Positions 1-10,033 of a DNA stretch of 64,000 bases are shown here, piece after piece. The notes beneath the pieces were generated by a model. That model searched no databases, was not told where the DNA came from, and saw only the letters and a program-made list of their open reading frames with translations. Position 1 is the first letter of the stretch. Every line of letters starts with the position of its first letter. Origin of the DNA: an uncultured Gemmatimonadales bacterium (GTDB lineage Bacteria; Gemmatimonadota; Gemmatimonadetes; Gemmatimonadales; GWC2-71-9); contig CAWJMT010000035.1 of the NCBI GenBank assembly GCA_963844035.1, forward strand, positions 64,001 through 128,000, given 5' to 3'. A program made the position numbers and the translations under genes.

Positions 1-1449
1 GGCGGTATCCAGCACGACGGAGGGGGTCATGGCGGAGAGCATGCGCTTTCCGGGCGCGATCGCGTTGGTGGCGCCTTGCACCAGGCCGTACAGGTTGGCC
101 TTGCCGGGCGCCGTCGTGAAATCGTCCATCTCGTCGTTCAGCAGGAACCCCGCGCCGGTGACCGTGACGGCGCTGCCGAAATCGTTGTTCAGGGTCGTGG
201 TGCACGACACGGCGTTGTCGTCGGCATCGACCACGGAATAGTGGGTCGTTTCCGTGCCCTCGACGTGGGGCGTCATGCGCGGCGTCGGCGTCGCACGCTG
301 CAAGTCGATGTCCGCCCGAAGCGTCGCCGCATACTCCTTACTCAGCAGGCGCTCCACCGGGAGTGGCACGACGTCGGGATCCCCCAGGTACAGGTTCCGA
401 TCGACGAACGCGCGCCGCATCGTCTCCGCCTGGAGGTGCATGAGGGCCGCGCTGCCGAATCGGGGGAGGCTCGGGTAGCCCTCCATCACGTTGAGGATCT
501 CGGCGAGCGTCACGCCGCCGCCGCTCGGCGGCATGGTGTAGATCGCGTAGCCCCGATACGTGATGTGGATCGGCACCCGCCACTTGGGGTGGTAGCGCGC
601 CAGATCCTGCTTGGTGATCAGGCCGCCGCCGCGCTGCATCTCCTGCACGATGAGCTTGGCGATGCTGCCGTGGTAGAACGGCTTTGGACCGCTGTCGGCG
701 ATGAGCTGCAGGGTGGCCCCGAGCTCCCGCTGCACGAACGGCGTCCCGGGGGGCGGCGCGGCGCCATCGAGAAGAAACTGCGCCCGGGAGGCGGGGAAGC
801 GGGTCAGCCGCTCCAACTCGACGTTGATGTTGCGGCTGCGAATCGCGTCGAGCACGTGGCCGTCGCGCGCGAGCGCGACCGCGGGCGCCACGACGTCGGC
901 CCACGGCAGCTTGCCGAACTTGCGGTGCGCTTCGAACATGCCGGCCACACTTCCCGGAACCCCCGCCGAGAGGGGCCCGGTGAGCGCCGCCTCCGTCACG
1001 TTGCCGGCCGAGTCCACGTACATGCCGGCGGTCGCGCCTCCGGGGGCGACCTCGCGGTAGTCGAGCGCGTGGACGGTACCGTCGTGCAGGCGGATCACCA
1101 TGAACCCGCCGCCACCGATGTTGCCGGCAATCGGCTGCACCACGGCGAGCGCGAATCCGACCGCCACCGCGGCGTCGACGGCGTTGCCGCCGCGGCGCAG
1201 GATGTCGGCCCCGACGGCGCTGGCGAGCGGATGCGCCGACACCACCATGGCGTGCTGGCCGCTGACCGCGCCGCCCCGATCGGTGAGCGGCCACGTCGGC
1301 CCGATGAGGGGACTGCGGGCCGTGCTCTCGGGCGTCGGCGGTGGTGCCCCGCCGGCGACGGGCTCGGGCGCGGCTGGTGTCGCCGCCGGTCCCTTGGTGC
1401 CGCCGCAGGCCGCGAGCAGTGCGAGCGTAAGTGCGAGGAGTGCGCGCAT
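1..1449 (-). CDS. ggt: Gamma-glutamyltransferase, predicted lipoprotein; runs off the window's left edge
   Basis: My translation: MRALLALTLALLAAC (lipobox), GGNAVDAAVA, ETTHYSVVD (catalytic Thr), LNDEMDDF...PGKRMLSAMTP. Not in the ORF track because the stop lies outside the window. Confidence 0.93.
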   Translation of the reverse strand, partial: MRALLALTLALLAACGGTKGPAATPAAPEPVAGGAPPPTPESTARSPLIGPTWPLTDRGGAVSGQHAMVVSAHPLASAVGADILRRGGNAVDAAVAVGFALAVVQPIAGNIGGGGFMVIRLHDGTVHALDYREVAPGGATAGMYVDSAGNVTEAALTGPLSAGVPGSVAGMFEAHRKFGKLPWADVVAPAVALARDGHVLDAIRSRNINVELERLTRFPASRAQFLLDGAAPPPGTPFVQRELGATLQLIADSGPKPFYHGSIAKLIVQEMQRGGGLITKQDLARYHPKWRVPIHITYRGYAIYTMPPSGGGVTLAEILNVMEGYPSLPRFGSAALMHLQAETMRRAFVDRNLYLGDPDVVPLPVERLLSKEYAATLRADIDLQRATPTPRMTPHVEGTETTHYSVVDADDNAVSCTTTLNNDFGSAVTVTGAGFLLNDEMDDFTTAPGKANLYGLVQGATNAIAPGKRMLSAMTPSVVLDTA

Positions 1450-1508
1450 CCCGAATTGTGCACGTTGACCCAAGCAACGGTCAACGCCTAACTTGGAACC
1501 GACCCCCC

Positions 1509-2440
1509 ATGACCGCTCCCGGCCATCAGGATCCCCGCCTCACCGAGCAGCGCAACCCGCGGACCGAGCGCATCGATGTCGCCTCGAGCCTCGAAATCGC
1601 CGACCTGCTCGCGGGCGAAGACGCGCGCGTCGTTCCGGCGGTTCAGCTCGAGCGGGAGCGCGTGGCGCGCGCCATCGATCTTGCGGTCGCGGCGTTTCAG
1701 CGCGGCGGCCGCCTGCTCTACGTCGGAGCGGGGACCTCCGGCCGGCTCGGCGTGCTCGACGCGAGTGAGTGCCCGCCGACGTTCGGGACGCCACCCACGA
1801 TGGTGGTGGGAATCATGGCGGGTGGCCTGCCGGCGCTGGTGCGGAGCATCGAGGGAGCGGAGGACGACGTGAACGCGGCAGACGCCGCGATCGATCAGGC
1901 GGGCGTGGGGAAGGCGGATTTCGTGCTCGGGATCGCGGCCAGCGGCACCACGCCGTTCGTCCGCGCGGCGCTGGGGCGCGCCAAATCGCTCGGCGCCACC
2001 ACCGGCTTGCTGTCCTGCACCGATCCGCCGCGCCAGCTCGCCGAAGCTTGCGACGTGGTGATTCTCCCCAAGGTGGGCCCGGAAGCCGTGACCGGATCGA
2101 CGCGCATGAAAGCCGGCACCGCCACCAAGCTCGTCCTCAACGCCATCACGACCGGCGCCATGATTCGGCTCGGCAAGGTGTACGGCAATCTGATGGTGGA
2201 CGTGATGGCCACGAGCGACAAGCTGCGCGACCGTGGTGAACGGATCGTGATGGAGTGCGCCGGCGCGGATCGGGCGCGCGCCCGCGCCGCGATCGACGCG
2301 GCCGGCGGGAGCGTGAAGGTCGCGATCGTCATGGTGCGGCTGAGCCTGAGCCGCGACGAGGGCGTCCGCACGCTCGAGTCCGCGGGGGGGAGCATGCGCC
2401 GCGCGATCGGTGATCCACCTCCCGTCGGTCGGGCAAGTGA
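1509..2440 (+). CDS. murQ: N-acetylmuramic acid 6-phosphate etherase
   Basis: TEQRNP, GAGTSGRLGVLDASECPPTFG, GSTRMKAGTATKLVLN. The likely TGA at 2438-2440 is out of frame (probable indel). Confidence 0.93.
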
Positions 2441-3561
2441 CCACCACACTCGCCGTCGGGATCATGTCGGGCACGTCGCTCGACGGCGTGTCGACGGCGC
2501 TCGTGAAGGTGACGGAGTCGCCGCCCGGTGCGGAGCTCGTGGCATTCCGCGTCGAGCCTTACGCCGCCGCGGAGCGCGCGCAGATGATCGACGTCATGGC
2601 GCGCGGCAGCGCGCGGGACCTGGCGCTGTTGCACGTCGCGCTGGGCGAGCGCTTCGCCGGGGCCGTGCTGCAGCTGCTCGCCACGGCGGGGGTCGCGCCG
2701 CGCGACCTGTCCTTCGTCGCGTCGCACGGGCAGACCGTGTGGCACGAGCCGGGGCGCGCCACGCTGCAGCTGGGCGACCCCGCCGTGCTGGCGGAGCGCC
2801 TCGGCGTGCGGGTGGTGAGCGATTTTCGTGCGCGCGATGTGGCGGCGGGGGGCCAGGGGGCTCCCCTCGTGCCGCTCGCCGACGTGCTGCTGTTCGGGCA
2901 CCCCGCGCACGGGCGGCTGCTGCTCAACCTCGGCGGCATCGCCAACGTCACCTGGGTGGCGCGGCGCGGCGAGATCGCGGGCGCCGTGGCATTCGACACC
3001 GGACCGGGCGTGGGCGTGATCGACGCCGTAGTACGGCGGTTCACGCCCGACGCACCGTTCGATCGCGACGGTGAGCGCGCTCGTCGCGGGCAGCCGATCT
3101 CGTCCGTATTGGACCAGCTGCTTGCCGATGCGTATTTCGCCGCGCCTCCTCCCAAGAGCACCGGGCGTGAGCGCTTCAGCCCGGCGTACGCGGAGCAGTC
3201 TGATCGAGCTGGTGCGAGCGGCGGGCGGCTCCGAGAACGACGCCGTCGCGACGGCCACGGTGCTGACCGCCGAGGCCGTGGCCCGGGCGATCACGCGGTG
3301 GACCCCGGCGGGCGCCGGGGAGGAGCTGGTGATCTCGGGCGGCGGCGCGCGCAATCCCGCGTTGGTCGAGCAGCTCGCCGCGCGCGTGCATCCCCGGCCC
3401 GTGGTGCTGTTCGACGCGCTGTTCTTCGATGGCGAAGCGAAGGAGGCTCTGGTCTTTGCGTTCCTCGGATCATCTCACGCTCGACCAACCGGCCCGGGAA
3501 TCTCCCCGCCGCGACGGGCGCCCGCGGCCCGCGCGTGTTGGGGCACGTCACCCCGGCGTGA
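2437..3561 (+). CDS. anmK: Anhydro-N-acetylmuramic acid kinase (two compensating frameshifts near 3195 and 3470)
   Basis: GIMSGTSLDG, SHGQT, GGQGAPLVP, NLGGIAN, FDTGPG, PPKSTGRE; GGGARN and EAKEA lie in the alternate frame. Confidence 0.92.
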   Translation: MTTTLAVGIMSGTSLDGVSTALVKVTESPPGAELVAFRVEPYAAAERAQMIDVMARGSARDLALLHVALGERFAGAVLQLLATAGVAPRDLSFVASHGQTVWHEPGRATLQLGDPAVLAERLGVRVVSDFRARDVAAGGQGAPLVPLADVLLFGHPAHGRLLLNLGGIANVTWVARRGEIAGAVAFDTGPGVGVIDAVVRRFTPDAPFDRDGERARRGQPISSVLDQLLADAYFAAPPPKSTGRERFSPAYAEQSDRAGASGGRLRERRRRDGHGADRRGRGPGDHAVDPGGRRGGAGDLGRRRAQSRVGRAARRARASPARGAVRRAVLRWRSEGGSGLCVPRIISRSTNRPGNLPAATGARGPRVLGHVTPA

Positions 3562-5011
3562 GTGCAACGCTTGCGCGGCTGGTGTTTCCGTCGCTCCGAT
3601 TCAGACCGGCGACGGCGGCGGGTTCGCGCATGAGCGCGCCAAGATCGATGCGGCCCTCAAGGCCGGCGTCGGGGGATTCATCCTGTTCGGCGGCGACCGC
3701 GCAAGCATCACGACGCTCACGACGAACCTGCGCGCGGCCGCCGGGCGCCCACTGCTGATCGGCGCCGACCTGGAGCGCGGGCCCAGGCAGCAGGTCGAGG
3801 GACTCACCGAGCTGCCGCCCCCCGCCGCGCTCGGATGGCTGGCGGACCTGACCGACGACCAACACGGCGGGCATGATCACCGCGGTGCGAGGCCCGGTCG
3901 GTCGGCATCACGTGGGCGTTTGCCCCGGTGTGCGATCTCGACAATGAGCCGAAGAACCCGATCGTCCAGACGCGCTCCTTCGGCGTCGATCCGGCGCTCG
4001 TGGGCGAGCACGCGGCAGCGTGGATCCGTGGCTGCCAGGAGCACGGCGTGCTCGCGTGCGCCAAGCACTATCCGGGACACGGGCGGACCACGCAGGACTC
4101 CCATGCGACGCTGCCGCGGGTGACGACGGCGATGGCGGAGCTCGAGCAGACCGATCTGGTCCCGTTCGCGGCGGCGGTGCGCGCCGGGGTCGGCAGCGTG
4201 ATGAGCGCGTTCGTCGCGTATCCGGGCTGGGACCCGAGCGGCAGTGCCGCGGGCTACTCGCCGAGTGATGCTCGACTACCTGCGGGACACGCTTGGCTTC
4301 CAGGGCATCGTGGTCACCGACGCGCTGATCATGGCGGGAGCGACCGCGCGCCAGGCCGAGGCGCCCGCCACGGCGAGCGCGGTAGCGGCGGGGTGCGATG
4401 CGCTGTTGTATCCGGCGGACTTCGCAGGCGTAGTCGCGGAGCTCGACCGCGCCGTGGGCGGTGTGATCTCCGTCGCCCGGGCCGACGCCGCGCTGGCGCG
4501 CTACCAGCACGCGGTGGATACGTGGAGTCAGGGCCCCGAGCAGGGCGAGCCGGACCTGGCGGCGCACGCCGACTACGCCGATCGGCTCGCCACGCGGGTG
4601 ACGCACATGGTGCGGGGCGATGCGCCGGCGCATCGCGCCGCCGTTATCGTGTCGATCGTGGACGACGATGTGGGTGGGCCGTACAAGGTCGGGCCGCGGG
4701 ACGTCTTCCACGCACACCTTGCGCGAGGCGGGGGTAGCAATCGCAGCGGGCAACGGGGAACGGGCAGACGGGGAACGGGTATCGTGCTCGTCTACGCCGA
4801 GCCGCGGTCGTGGAAGGGGCGGGCCGACCTGGGTCCGCGCTCGCTCTCGGCCCTGAAGACGCTCGCACCGAAGGCCGCCCTCATTATTCTGTTCGGCCAT
4901 CCGCGTCTCGCGGCGCAGATTCCGGGCAAGGCGCCGGTGGTGTGCTGCTGGCATGGGCAGCCGTTGATGCAGCGCGCGGCGGCGAGGTGGGTCAAAGACA
5001 AGACCAAGTAA
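3558..5011 (+). CDS. nagZ: Glycoside hydrolase family 3, NagZ-like beta-N-acetylhexosaminidase (several frameshifts)
   Basis: GVGGFILFG, DLERG, NPIVQTRSFG, KHYPGHG, DSH, GIVVTDAL spread over four ORF segments; operonic with murQ-anmK. Confidence 0.8.
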
Positions 5012-5019
5012 GAGGGACG

Positions 5020-5070
5020 GGGGACGAGGGAGGGGTAGCACCCGTCCCCCGTCCCCCCTCCCTCGTCCCC
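5020..5070. terminator. 16-bp perfect inverted repeat between convergent genes (REP-like or bidirectional terminator)
   Basis: GGGGACGAGGGAGGGG (5020-5035) / CCCCTCCCTCGTCCCC (5055-5070); no T-tract. Confidence 0.55.
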
Positions 5071-6509
5071 TACCGCATCACTCCGAGTTGTCTCAGGTAT
5101 GCTGAAACGGTCCGTCCCGGCACCGCAAAAATGATCTTGCCCTGAGACTCCCGGTTCCCGCCGTACAGCATCGCGACCACGCGACCGTCGCGGTCGAAGA
5201 TTGGACTGCCTGAGGATCCCGGCGCCCCGTAGCCATCCACCTGCACGAGGGTACTCAGCACCTTGCTCACCGTCCCCACCGTCAGCGTGGGATCGGCGAC
5301 GGTGGTGCGGTCCTGGCTTTCCATCGGCAGGTCCTCGCCGAGCGGATAGCCGATGATCGCGACCGGGTCGCCGCGCTGCGGATCTTGTGCGGCGGCGGCG
5401 AATCCCACGACGCGCGGCGTGCCGCCGCGGATGTCCACCTTGAAGACGCCGACATCGGCGCTGTCGGACACGCCGAGCAGGCGTCCCTGGAACCACTGCT
5501 TGCTCCCCGAAAACTTGACGGCGATGCCGAGCGGCGCGCGGCCGCCCGCTTCGCCCACGAGCACATGCTTGTTGGTGACCATCGTGCCCTGAGAGTCCAC
5601 CGAAAACGCCGTGCCGCTGAACACCTCGGTCGCGGAGAACTTGACCAGCACCAGGGCCACGGCGTCGGTATTGCGACGCGCGATCCCACGGAAGTCCACG
5701 CGCGAGGCGTCGGCGAGTCCTCGCTGGCGCAGTTCGGCGGAGTCGAGCTGGGAGCGGAGCAGCGCCACCGTGGCGGGGTCACCGCTCGTTCCCAGCGCGG
5801 CAAGGGCGCCGCGCAGCCGTCCCGTCTCAGCCTGCGAGGCGCGCAGCGCGGTGCGCATGCTTTGCATTTCGGTTTGGACGCTGGACAGGAGCAGCTGCGC
5901 CGCCCGACTCAGGGAATCGGCGCGCGCTTGCAGCGCGGCGAGCTCACCAGCGTGGCGGGCGTTGTTCCATTGCATCCACCCGAAGGCGCCGACGCTCACT
6001 AAGAGGAGGGCGAGGAGCGTCTTGGTGGTGCGGCGGAGCCCCTGCGTCTGGCGCTCGACTTCCGCGGCGATGCGCACGCCGGTGCTGCTGGGCGCGGGCG
6101 GAGTGCGGGGCGGGGCGGACACCGCGCGGAACTGGTCCCGTGGAGACGACATCCGCCCGGCGGAATCGCGCGCGGCGGCTGACGAATCGGCGGCGCCGGC
6201 ATCGAGGACGTGAAACTCGAGCGACGGGCCGTGAGTGCCGAGCGCGATGACGTCGCCGTCGCGCACCGGCGCATCGCCCGTGACCGCGATCCCGTTGACG
6301 AACGTGCCGTTGGTGCTGCCGAGGTCGCGTACGATGAAGGCGTCACCCTGGCGGATGATCGCGGCGTGTTGGGAAGAGACATCGAGGTCGCCCGCCGGAT
6401 CGAACCGCAGATCCGACAGGGGATTCCGGCCCAGCGCGACGTAGCCTTTCTGGAATGTCTCAACCTGTCCGGCGCGTGTGCCGGACAGGATCTTGATTCG
6501 AGCCTTCAC
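5070..6509 (-). CDS. FHA domain + TM + coiled coil + trypsin-like serine protease
   Basis: FHA motifs GR, VSSQHA, DLGSTNGT; hydrophobic LLALLLVSVGAFGW; triad TNKHV, DVGV, PGSSGSP. Confidence 0.85.
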   Translation of the reverse strand: MKARIKILSGTRAGQVETFQKGYVALGRNPLSDLRFDPAGDLDVSSQHAAIIRQGDAFIVRDLGSTNGTFVNGIAVTGDAPVRDGDVIALGTHGPSLEFHVLDAGAADSSAAARDSAGRMSSPRDQFRAVSAPPRTPPAPSSTGVRIAAEVERQTQGLRRTTKTLLALLLVSVGAFGWMQWNNARHAGELAALQARADSLSRAAQLLLSSVQTEMQSMRTALRASQAETGRLRGALAALGTSGDPATVALLRSQLDSAELRQRGLADASRVDFRGIARRNTDAVALVLVKFSATEVFSGTAFSVDSQGTMVTNKHVLVGEAGGRAPLGIAVKFSGSKQWFQGRLLGVSDSADVGVFKVDIRGGTPRVVGFAAAAQDPQRGDPVAIIGYPLGEDLPMESQDRTTVADPTLTVGTVSKVLSTLVQVDGYGAPGSSGSPIFDRDGRVVAMLYGGNRESQGKIIFAVPGRTVSAYLRQLGVMR

Positions 6510-7537
6510 GGGCGCTGGCCGACGAGGTACAGCCCCAGGCCCACCAGCGTCGCCGCGATCGCCAACAGGAGCAACGCGCGCCAGCGCGTGCGCCTCGCCC
6601 GCACCGGCGGCGGGCTGCCGGTGTAGACGGGAACGGGCTCGGTGGCCGTGTCCGTGTCGATGAGCGGGTACACCTGATGCCCGGGCGTGTCTCCCGGGTC
6701 AGCGGCACGCAGCCCCTCACCCTCGAAGCGCGCGACGATCACCGTGATGTTGTCCGGGCCCCCGCGCTCGTTCGCGAGCGCGATGAGACGATCGCATGCG
6801 CCCGGCAGGTCGTGCCCGCCGCCCACGATCGCGCTGATTTCCTCCTTCTTTACCTGGCCCGTGAGGCCGTCGGAGCAGAGGACGAGCACGTCGCCGTTCC
6901 GCAGCTCCTGATGCGTCAGGTCCACCTTCACTTTGGGATCGGGGCCGAGCGCCTGGAGAATGATGTTGCGGCGTTCGCTGTGCGCCGCCTCCTCCTCGGT
7001 GAGCTCGCCGGCCTCGACCAGGCGCTGCATCAGCGACTGATCCTTGGTGAGCTGGAATGCCGTCCCGTTGCGTACCAGATAGGCGCGGCTGTCCCCGACC
7101 TGCGTGAGGAATACCTGGTCGCCGAGTACGCCGACGGCGGTCGTGGTCGTCCCCATCCCGCGCATTTCAGGGTGCGCGATCGCATACGAATGAATGTGCC
7201 GGTTCGCCGCCTCGACCGCCTCGCGCAGCCGGTACGCAAACCGCTGCGATGTGGGCTCCGGCTCCTCGCCCCAGGCCGTGACCAGGTGATTGTAGATCGT
7301 ATCGGTGGCCATCTCGCTGGCGATCTCTCCCGCCGCCGCGCCCCCCATCCCGTCGGCCACCACGAGCAATGAGCCGTACCCACCCACCTCGTGCTCTCGT
7401 ACCTCGGGCAGCAGCGAAGCCTGCCGCCGCGAGAGATCGGCAACGAGAAAGTGATCTTCGTTGTGATCGCGCGAGCGGCCCACGTCCGTCTTGGCGAACA
7501 CGTGAATCTGGGTGGGCTTGGAGACGCGTCCGAACAT
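6506..7537 (-). CDS. PP2C-family Ser/Thr phosphatase (Stp1/PrpC-like) with C-terminal TM helix
   Basis: TDVGRSRDHNED, VADGMGG, VGDSRAY, LCSDGL, GGPDNIT. Confidence 0.92.
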   Translation of the reverse strand: MFGRVSKPTQIHVFAKTDVGRSRDHNEDHFLVADLSRRQASLLPEVREHEVGGYGSLLVVADGMGGAAAGEIASEMATDTIYNHLVTAWGEEPEPTSQRFAYRLREAVEAANRHIHSYAIAHPEMRGMGTTTTAVGVLGDQVFLTQVGDSRAYLVRNGTAFQLTKDQSLMQRLVEAGELTEEEAAHSERRNIILQALGPDPKVKVDLTHQELRNGDVLVLCSDGLTGQVKKEEISAIVGGGHDLPGACDRLIALANERGGPDNITVIVARFEGEGLRAADPGDTPGHQVYPLIDTDTATEPVPVYTGSPPPVRARRTRWRALLLLAIAATLVGLGLYLVGQRP

Positions 7538-7539
7538 GG

Positions 7540-9043
7540 CTATGGCTCGCAGAGGGAGTGCACGAGGGCGGGATAGGATCGGACCCCGGCGTCGAGACCG
7601 GCGGCCCGTCGCGCCCATTGGCACCCCTGCGCGCGATCGTCGAGCTTGGCGTAGGCATTCGCGACCAGGTACGCCGCCAGGGCGCGATCGGTGGCGGCCA
7701 CGCCGGGCGTGTCATAGGCCGCCCGCGCCGAGTCCCGCAGGGTCGCACCGTCCAGGACATCGATACGATCGAACAGGTCGTTCAGCCGCGTCGCGACCGG
7801 GACCGCCGGCTTGGGTGGCACTGGCGTCGCGGTGCCCGCCGACCGGGCGGGCGGATTCGACGGGGCTTCGCTTGTGGGTGACGTCTGCGGAGTGGTGGTC
7901 GTGGATGTGCGGCGTGGCGTCGCGCCGGGCCCACAGGGCGTACGCGCCGCCGGCGCCGATCAAGACGATGGCGCCGAGCGCCATCGGCAGGGCCGAACGT
8001 CGCTTGGCGGGCGCGGGCCGGGCGGAGGGAGTAAGGATCTGCGTCTTCCCGTCCGCGTCGGCGCGCGTGGCCGGCACCGCCGCCGCCGCCCCGCGCCCCA
8101 GTCCCGCGACGGCGGCCACGTCGCTCGCGAACTTGGCGGCTGACTGATACCGCTCGGTGGGGTCACGAGCCAGTGCCACGTCCAAGGTCGCCTGGAGGCC
8201 GGCGGGATAGGTGATGGTTGGACGCGCCGCCGCGAGTGTGAGCGGATCGTCGGTGAGCCGTTTGATCATCGTCTCCTGTATCGTGCTCGCTTCGAACGGC
8301 AGTTTGCCCGTCAGCATCTTGTACAGCACGAGCGCCAGCGAGTAGATGTCCGAGCGGCCGTCGACCTTGTCACCCGCGAGCTGCTCCGGGCTCATGAATT
8401 CCGGCGTCCCAACCACAAGTCCCGTCTTGGTCACCTTCTGGGAGTCGTCGCCGCCGATCGCCTTGGCGATCCCGAAATCCACGACCTTCACCACGTCCGT
8501 CCCGTTCCGTCCCCGGGCCAGCATGATATTGTCGGGTTTCAGGTCCCGGTGCACGATGCCAAGGTCGTGGGCGGCCTGAAGCGCGTCGGCCACCTGGGCA
8601 AAAATCTGTACCGCGCGCCCGGTGGGGAGCGACTCGTCGCGCTTGAGGAGATCGGTGAGGGGCTCGCCCTCGACGAACTCCATGGCGAGATAGATCAGGC
8701 CGTCGCTCGTCTCCCCGAAATCGTAGATCGCAGCCACGTTGGGATGGGTGATGCGGCTCGCGTTGGCGGCCTCGCGGTTGAAGCGCGCCACGGCGTCGGG
8801 GTCGTGCACCATCGACGGGTTCATCACCTTGATCGCGCTGCGCCGGCCCATCTTGACGTGCTCGGCGAGATACACCTGACCCATCCCTCCCTCGCCCAGC
8901 TTTCTCGTCACATGGTAGCGGTCGGCGATCACCTGGTCGACCAGGTCGCTCGCGGGGGAAGCCGCGCGCAGCGTCTGCCCGTCGTTCGGACAGAACTTCA
9001 CGTCGTCCGCGTACTCCGTGTTGCACACCGGGCAGACCTTCAT
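7540..9043 (-). CDS. Hanks-type Ser/Thr protein kinase: N-terminal Zn ribbon, TM, short helical C-terminus (frameshift near 7850)
   Basis: CPVC..CPND, GEGGMG, AIK, HRDLKPDN, DFG, GTPEFMSPE; C-terminus is in ORF 7540..7821. Confidence 0.92.
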
Positions 9044-9940
9044 GAGGCGGCCGCCAGCTCCACACGCAGCAGCTTGTCGCCCAGGAGGATCCGGGAACGA
9101 TGTTGCAGCGTCATGTCGCCGCGGGCGGCGATCGCCACGCCGTTGCGGCTGCCGGCGTCGATCACCACAAAATCGGCGTCCTCCGACCGGATGGTGGCGT
9201 GCGCCGCGCTCATGGATGGATCGTACGGAAACAACCACTCGCCCCGCTCGCGGCCGATCTGGATGTCCCGGCCGGGGGAAAGCTGCACCACGTCCCGCGA
9301 GCTCCCGTCGGAGCGGAGCTGGGTCAAGCTGGCGATGTCGGCGCTCGGGATCAGGCTCCCCATGCGCTTCGTGGCATCGACATCGGGTGCGGTGGGTCCC
9401 GGATAGCCGAGGCGCCGGAACCGGACCACCTGCGATCCGATCAGCACCAGATCACCGTCCACCAGCCGGTAGGGCGCTTCGAGAAACACCCACGTTCCAT
9501 TCCGGCTCCCCAGGTCGCGCACGACCAGCTGGTCGCGCTCCCAGGAGAGCTTGGCGTGCAGGGGAGAGAGAAACGGATCGTCGGGAAACCGCAGGTCGCC
9601 CTCCTGGCGCCCGATGGCGACTTCGGGACCGGGACGCTCGAACCGCTCCAGGGGATTGCCGGTCTCATCGAGCAGGACGAGGCCGATGGCGCTGCCGGTG
9701 GGACGGCCGGGGCCGTGCCGAGTCCGACTCGGTGAGACGGCGCCCGCAGTGCGGACAAAAGGGGAGCCGTCCCGGGGTCCAGCGGTTGCAGAATGGACAG
9801 GTGTTGCCGTCGGGCGCAGGAGCGGCCCCGGTGGTGGCGGCGATTTTCACGGCCACGGCCGAGCCGAGGGGCTTTCCGCAATCCATGCAGAACCTGGCGC
9901 CCGCGTCGTTGCCGCGGCCGCAGTACGTGCACACCGTCAA
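9040..9940 (-). CDS. Double Zn-ribbon + two FHA domain protein (frameshift near 9710)
   Basis: TTG start with GGAG upstream; CTYC..CMDC, CPFC..CPHC; IGR..SPLHA..DLGSRNGT; IGRE..SAAHA..GSRNG. Confidence 0.8.
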
Positions 9941-10033
9941 GGCAGAATGTGCTCCACAGGGCGCCTGAGTTACGGTCTGCCAATCTATTGGTCTAGTTGG
10001 CGGGTCGAAAGGCCCAATGCTAGCTTGCGCGCC

